Assembly: GCA_964035545.1 (NCBI GenBank) | Contig: OZ037772.1 | Location: 3,625,538 to 3,689,537, forward strand | DNA from: Bugula neritina | Taxonomy: Eukaryota; Animalia; Bryozoa | DNA length: 64,000 bases | Reading direction: 5' to 3' | In this document: one piece after another, positions 57,241 to 64,000 of the stretch | Numbering within the stretch: position 1 is the stretch's first letter | How the letters are laid out: every line of letters begins with the position of its first letter | The notes under the pieces: generated by a model | What the model was told of the DNA's origin: nothing | The model's database searches: none | The model's input: only the letters and a program-made list of their open reading frames with translations | Position numbers and translations under genes: made by a program

Positions 57241-58704
57241 TGCACTTGAACATGATTGCATCTTTTTTTGTATTGATATACAATATAGCTTGCCTTTGAG
57301 GCTTTTTGACAACTACTTATGAGTTCAACCCAAAAGCACTTTGATTTCTGTGCAAGTTTAGAGTTTTGAGTTTGCCCTCTGCCATTTTGTAGAATTCCAA
57401 ATACTATCAGAAGCTCTGACAGTGATTGAGATTTACACCAAGACCCCCACCCACTTGCCTATTATTGACATTGCTCCTGGTGACATCAGGACCACCCACA
57501 AAGAGCTTCGGGTTCAGCTTGGAGAAGTCTGCTTTTCATAGACTCATATCTAACAACAGTTTCATTTGGCTGATTTGTAAGACTGTCCCTGATTAGATAA
57601 TTAGTGGCCAATCAGAGAATGCAATCAATGTTAGTTGGCTGAGACCAGCAGTCTGATTTTTATATAACCTAATTGTAAATGAAAGATTTGATTACTCTCA
57701 ATAAATTTATCCGAGACTTCCAAGGCAGTGATGGTGATTTTTGTACATATAAATTTGAAGAAGTTTAGCTATAGGGTTTATGCTGTTTTTTAATTATTCC
57801 ACCTTAACCTGAGAATGTGAGTAGTGATTCTAGAATGAGATAGGGAGGGTGTTATGCCCCTCCCTATGATTTTATATATTTAGAAACTGTTGTTAATTTA
57901 GTAATTCTGTTGGTGCTACATTTTTGAATCTATTTAATCCAATCATTTCTCTAATATTGCAAAATACATTTTACCATACAGCACTACACAACTTATTTCT
58001 CAGCTTGTAAATTTCATCATCAAAATTATTATAGTACTAAAGTTGGTCACAGATTTCTGATAAGCTGCAGTTTTCAGATCTGATTATTTAACCTATTCAT
58101 CCTGAAATTAGACATTGTTAGTTTAAAATGGAATTTAACATATATTTTAGTTACTTAGTTCCAACTGTGTTGACCATATCAACATTTTAAATTTTACTTT
58201 GGCTGCTATGAAGTATATAAGCAAATGGCATTAAGTTATTAATATATAATAAGGTTTGCAAAGACTTAACATACCAAGCAACTGTGACAAGACATGACAA
58301 TAACTCCAGCCAATCATACATAGAATACAGCCAATCATAGATATCATACATACACCATACATAGCCTAAAATGGATCAATTTAAAAACTTGTAAATCATA
58401 CTCAAACCTAATCAACAGATGTAGCTTATGAAGCTATGAGAAATATGTAATTTTGAAACAACCGGAGTTATCCACTCTCAACAAACGCAAAGAGTTAAGT
58501 GTGAGAATTCCATGCTAGTGACCTGCCACACACAGTGCATGTGTTGCGAGTGCAAAATATTATTAGCAAATGATGTTAGCGTTAAATTTTACTGCTCGCC
58601 TACAGACGTTTGTTTTTAAACAGCGTCACCGGGCAAAGTAATTTGGATATTCTAAAAGCGGAAATGTAAAATATATAAAACTGTTTTAATTCAGCTCAGT
58701 ATTT

Positions 58705-59088
58705 TATGTCATACAGTATATTATGTTATACAGTATACTATGTTATACAGTATACTATGTTATACAGTATACTATGTTATACAGTATACTATGTTATACA
58801 GTATACTATGTTATACAGTATACTATGTTATACAGTATACTATGTTATACAGTATATTATGTTATACAGTATATTATGTTATACAGTATACTATGGTATA
58901 CAGTATACTATGTTATACAGTATATTATGTTATACAGTATACTATGTTGTACAGTATACTATGTTATACAGTATACCATGTTATACAGTATATTATGTTA
59001 TACAGTATATTATGTTATACAGTATATTATGTTATACAGTATATACTATGTTATACAGTATACTATGTTATACAGTATATTATGTTAT
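58705..59088. repeat. 17-bp minisatellite, ~22 copies
   Basis: Unit TATGTTATACAGTATAY. Confidence 0.93.
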
Positions 59089-59194
59089 ATTAACCAACAT
59101 ACAAATGAGATGCTCTTGTCAGTCTATAATGATGAATATTATACACTGGAACTGGGTTACTCTCTCACCTCTCCTCACTGCAGCTCAGCTGGAC

Positions 59195-60272
59195 CAGGTC
59201 TTCCCAAGTGATGAAGATTTTTTTCTAAAAATTTCACAGTTTGTTACCAGCTGTTTGAGCTCTTGCCTTGTTTTCAAGATTACATGTACTGTATATGTAT
59301 AACTATAACTCCTTCATTTTATGTAGTTCATATATTTATCCACACTACACTCTACAATCTAAGTTTACTTGTACATCTATGTGTCTATTATTCACTCTAC
59401 TTTAGCTGCTACCCCTCCTACTACGAATGAAGGTTCGGAAGTTTGAATTGGAAGCAAAACCAACAGGAAGTTTAAGCAGCAATGCAAGCTCATTTCTATA
59501 AACTATACACACTGCATACATATAGTGGATATATTTCCTGTGTTCCAGTGCAATCATCACATCATCGCTCTTCATTATAGCTGCATCAATCCTTTCAAAG
59601 CTGAACTCAAGTTGTGACCTTGACATAATTCTATGATACAACTATCCTCACACTCAACAAATTATTAGAAAAAGAACCTGTTCCAGAGATATCTTTCAAA
59701 AAGCATTTCTGCAAATGTATTTGAACTTTTACCATTATTTAACAGTATTCTCCTGAGCTACCTTCATAAGAGAGTTACACGAGATTGTCATTGAGCTGGT
59801 TTACAGTGAAGGATGATTTGATGAGTTCTGTGTTTCCACAAGCAAACTCGACCCACACATTGCTGATAATACTTTAACAGTTTTAGTGCCATTCAGCACC
59901 ACCTTTTTATATAAGATAGGATTCCTTCAATTAATATATGCTAATGGTTAGGAATCAGCAAATAAACTGCCTTGACCTGCAAAGTGACCTACAATGTACA
60001 GCTTGTCAAAACCCAAGTCAAACTTAAGCAAGCTGCAGCACAAATTCACCAGCTGCAGCCATAGTATTAATAATTGAACTGCTCTGTGCTTTTTACATGC
60101 ATAATATAATAATCATAATCTTATATTATAATCAAATATACTAGAACAAATATAGACTTCTATTGTATATTATGCCTATCATTCATAAATTGCACTTTTA
60201 GAAAGAGGGGAACTTAATAGTAAACAGTTATGGAAGGGGAGATGGTGGTATGAAAAAGGTTTGGAACCACTG
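59195..60272 (-). mobile_element. Longer copy of the same hAT non-autonomous family
   Basis: Ends GGTATGAAAAAGGTTTGGAACCACTG (reverse complement of the family's left end). The interior 59220-59620 is the reverse complement of 34270-34665. Flanks AGCTGGAC / AGCTAGAG resemble an 8-bp TSD. Confidence 0.7.
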
Positions 60273-60669
60273 AGCTAGAGGAACCACCATACCTCTACCA
60301 TAGCATCACATCCCTCTGCCATCTTGATTGCAGCCTGCCAGTTAAGAAAATTCAGGATTAATCAGATGTTCAGTGATGTCGCTGAATATGATAGTACTAA
60401 ACAGCTCAACTTAAACATAATAAAAATATTTTACATAATGAAAGTACAAACAAAAAGATGCAAGTGCTAGCTGACACTGAAGACTACTAATAAGAGACAA
60501 AGTCCTTGTAAAGATTTTGCTACTAAAAACTACATAGATGTTATCGGTATTTTTGTAATTTGAAAATATACAGGACCGGAATTGGATATTCTAAAATAGC
60601 TCAATTGAAAAACATGCACACCTGATGCCCTGGATAGTTTTTCAGATTTCAACCTAAGAGTTGTCTCTC

Positions 60670-60867
60670 TTCGACGCTAAAATATAGCGCTCCGCTCAAT
60701 GAATGCAACATTTCTTTCACGTGATTATTATAGAGTGACGTGTAATAATCCTTCTGCGCGCAGAACTTCCTCGTTATTTTGGTTTTATTGTGCCTTTTCT
60801 CAGTTACTACTTACTAGTTACCAAGTTTCTGACCAGTTTACAGACTGACACTACTGACTCTCGTGAG
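60670..60867 (+). promoter_or_regulatory. Probable promoter and non-coding first exon of TRIM C
   Basis: CpG-rich patch, Inr-like TCAGTT near 60800, and donor GAG|GTGAGA at 60867. The next good acceptor is at 62884, just before the RING ATG. Confidence 0.5.
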
Positions 60868-62907
60868 GTGAGAACAGTTTGAGTCATCTCATCATTTCTC
60901 AAATTAATCAGGTACCCGTATTTTAATACTTGCGGTTAGATTTACTATTTTAGTATTTACTATTTAGTATTTTACTATTTTAATTCTAGATTTACTTTTA
61001 GTTTTAGTTCTACTTTTAGCCTTTAGGCTTTAGGTTTAAGTCTAGGCTTATAACTTATATAATATCAATATAAGATTAAGCTTAAGACTAAGTTATATTT
61101 AAATTATAAGTTATATAAATTAAAACTCTTACAGTTAATGTTATAATATTAATTAAATATAATTGTTTCTCTTTGAGTCTTTGATTTGAAATTTACAATA
61201 GACATAGTAATACCATAGCCCATAGGCATATGATCAATAATTAATTAATTATAATGATTTATCGAGTAATATAAATATGAATATCGTATTAATGATATTA
61301 AATTTATTATTATTATAAAAAATTAATCGACTTCAAGTTTAGGTTCAAGTTTTAATACTGAAAAATTGATCTACTAGTACTACTACTAGTACTACTACTA
61401 GTACTACTACTAGTACTACTACGTCTACAGTAGTAGTAGTGGTAGTAGCCTACGATTACAGATTACTATTACGTACTATAAGTATTAGTCTATTAGTATT
61501 AGTAATACATGTACTATTAGATTACTCTTAGTATTGCTATTCGATTTACTGTTAGTGTTGGTATAACTATATAAGAATTGAGACTAAGTATTTCAGTTTC
61601 GAACTATTTTATTTATATAAATATTTGTATTAACTTTAAGTATTACTATTAGTAATCACAATTAGTATTGATATTGCATCTCCTATTAGGATTACTGCTA
61701 TTACTATTAGTATTGTTGTATGAGTAATTACTAATTAGTATTAGTAATTTTTACTCATTGCATTACATTTACTATAAGTATAACTATAAAGTGTAAGTTA
61801 CTATTATTGCTCTACTATAACTATCAGTATTAGATTTAGTGTTGCAGTTGGTTTTACTGCCAGGTCCCCTACCATCATTAAATTTGTTTATAATGATAAT
61901 CTTAGTGATTATCACCCAATATTGACTCATATGACTAGGTTAGCCACATTTATATGATCTACTATTGTTGTAAACATAAAAATATGAGGTTAGTGTTAAT
62001 ATAAATCATTTGCTAGGTAAGAGTGTAGAATAAATAATTTGCTAGAGATGAGTGTAGAAGCTGCCAACCCATGAAACAACTACACCTGACCTAACAGAAG
62101 TACAAACATGTTAAATTAGTGTGTTTCACACCACCATAGTTTCTATTAGATGATTTAATAGCAAACTAGCAGTTGATGGCTTTTTCCCTGGCTGGTGGAA
62201 GGGTGAATCTAAGTAACATATTAAATCATGCATCACCAACACTGCAGAAATGTTAAAATGAATTTTGTCATTTAGATTATGGAAAAAACAAAGTATTTTC
62301 AACACCCAGCACAAAATATTTCATGAAACTATGTTTTCTCCCACTGCTATGTTTCCCCCTATTTTGTGTCTTAGCGTGAGCCCACGCAATGTATCTATCC
62401 CAACAATGGGCAGGTAACATTGTAAAAATGGCTGATATTTCTGAATGAGGGGATAAGCAGCTGAGCCCAATTGTGCTGTTTGTTCATAAAAGTAATACAT
62501 AACTCACTGGTATTCGTGTTTCACTTCTCCTCTATATATTGGAAACACTTGATTAGTGATGTTCAATAGAAGTAGAATAAATGTGTTCACTGAAGCACAC
62601 AGCATTGCTTCATATTTATTGTATATGGAGTTTGAGTCACCAGCAAAAACCTATTCAGTGATTACAATGGAAACAATACAGCCTTTGTTAGACAGTTAAA
62701 GCTGTGAGCTCAGCATGTTGTAGCTGACTATCATGTATACCAGTGTTATTAACTGCATTTGTGTAACATTATTTTTCATGTCTTTATTTTGTATGGTTTA
62801 TTGTTAATGGTTAAGTCTTTGATTTGGAAACCTTCACAGATGTAGTGTGAAATATTATGCTAAGAGTATGTGTATCTTTTACAGGATTTCCTTATCATAT
62901 AACCAAG

Positions 62908-63089
62908 ATGGCAGAATCCAGAGTTGTGAAAAAGAGACTAAACAATTCGTATCGCTGTGGGTACTGCTCGCAGTACTTCAATAAACTTGAAGATCCCAGA
63001 ACTCTGCCCTGTCTGCATGTGTACTGCATGAGATGTTTGAAGACTGACATCGGTGGTAGGAAGGATCATATCAGATGTGCTTATTGTAG
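62908..63089 (+). CDS. TRIM-family paralogue C, RING-finger first coding exon (gene continues beyond the window)
   Basis: Acceptor TTTTACAG at 62884; AAGATGG start. Reads MAESRVVKKRLNNSYRCGYCSQYFNKLEDPRTLPCLHVYCMRCLKTDIGGRKDHIRCAYCR, a C3HC4 RING. Phase-2 donor AG|GTGAGT fits the phase-2 B-box exon of A and B. Confidence 0.9.
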
Positions 63090-63387
63090 GTGAGTTATAG
63101 TACATAACACAATATATCATGTCATAGGCTTGCATATGATTTTCTCACTATCATCTAGGAGTTGTCTGATCTGTGTCTATGAAAAGCAAACAATACTGTA
63201 TATTCTATGTGAACTCTGGTTACTAACTTGTGGAGTGTGTGGATATCTTTTCATTAGGTAGAGAAAGTAACTGTTATGTAGATTACACCATCAGCTGTCC
63301 TCTCTTGTTGATTTGTGGTGCTGTTGGATGTCATGGGATTGGGGTTGTCTCCTCATTATATTATTTTGTTCTCATACAGTACAAGAC

Positions 63388-63896
63388 TTGTTAGACCAAC
63401 CTTTTTCATATCATCCCCACTTTCATAAATGTTTACTATTAATTATCCCCCCTTTAAACAACGAAAAAATCTATGACTGACATAATGATAATATAGATTA
63501 TTATGCAATATTTTTTCTATTACATTTGAATATAATATAATTATTTCTGATAATTCTATTATGCATGTATAAAACACAGAGCAGTTCAATTATTAATATT
63601 ATGGCTGCAGCTGATGACATTGTGTCAGCTTGCTTTCAAACCTCCCACCCCAACCCTTAAACCCCAACCCCAATATTGTAATTAAAACACATTCATGTAG
63701 AAGTAGACTGAGATGGCAGAATTGGTTAAATAGATAAGCTAAGATAAATGCTTATAGGTATACATGTACATGTAACTTGCAAGAGCTCAAAAGTCTTCAA
63801 CAAACTGCTTGAAATTTTTAAAATCGAAATCCAGGCTCTCCCTAAAAAGCCCAAATTCCCTCCTATAGGGGGATTCTCTCAGGTTGGGAACCACTG
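63388..63896 (+). mobile_element. Degenerate hAT MITE in TRIM C intron
   Basis: Left-end remnant CCAACCTTTTTCATATCATCCCC; right end AGGTTGGGAACCACTG. Confidence 0.62.
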
Positions 63897-64000
63897 TGTT
63901 GAATTGACTTGTGTTTACTATCTTCTTTCCTGTGGGTATAAACATGTATGATGTTGTCATAACAACAGAGTTGCTGTGGCACAAAGTACAGTTTACTAGT

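Larger units (their letters stand above)
51767..57541 (+). pseudogene. Fibrillar collagen alpha-chain pseudogene (Cys-rich N-terminal exons, short decayed Gly-X-Y region, COLFI C-propeptide)
   Basis: Cys-rich exons ~51767-51951, ~52182-52266, ~52556-52701. Gly-X-Y exons ~53084-53251, 53829-53897, 54457-54586, 54675-54812, 55079-55188, 55326-55504, 55613-55668, with Gly substitutions and frameshifts. Telopeptide exon with KGVQADDA (~55829-55925). COLFI exons 56274-56441 (VDPGGGSIANAIQAYC), 56648-56727 (QLNFLQIHSERAKQTLTY), 56889-57024 (CINSVA...QDDCK), 57393-57541 (frameshifted; LPIIDIAPGD...VQLGEVCFS*). AATAAA near 57700. Confidence 0.87.

Overview
AT-rich, intron-containing animal (invertebrate-type) genomic DNA; there are no prokaryotic features. 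The window is dominated by a ~31-kb-offset segmental duplication (block A ~1674-19636, block B ~32688-50187). Each block holds three things: (i) a + strand TRIM-type gene body (B-box1, B-box2, coiled coil, NHL-like beta-propeller; six spliceable exons with an open frame); (ii) an inverted orphan copy of that gene's last exon with its own acceptor, stop and poly(A) signal; (iii) a - strand valyl-tRNA synthetase pseudogene whose deletions are reciprocal between the blocks. A third TRIM paralogue starts at the right edge (RING exon 62908-63089), and its intron matches the sequence just upstream of gene B, showing that B lost its RING exon at a transposon end. Between and around the blocks lie a frame-intact 5'-truncated Penelope-like RT (1-1120), a head-to-tail dimer of a ~5-kb TIR element, a foldback element, hAT MITEs, LINE/SINE remnants, many minisatellites and a decayed fibrillar collagen gene with Cys-rich N-terminal exons. 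The most notable signal is that the TRIM paralogues are almost identical in the coiled coil but hypervariable at matching loop positions of every propeller blade. The silent inverted last-exon copies vary at the same positions and share diagnostic changes with their local partner. This suggests a diversifying TRIM-propeller recognition locus with conversion or inversion donor cassettes (inference). All coordinates and counts were read by eye and are approximate where stated.
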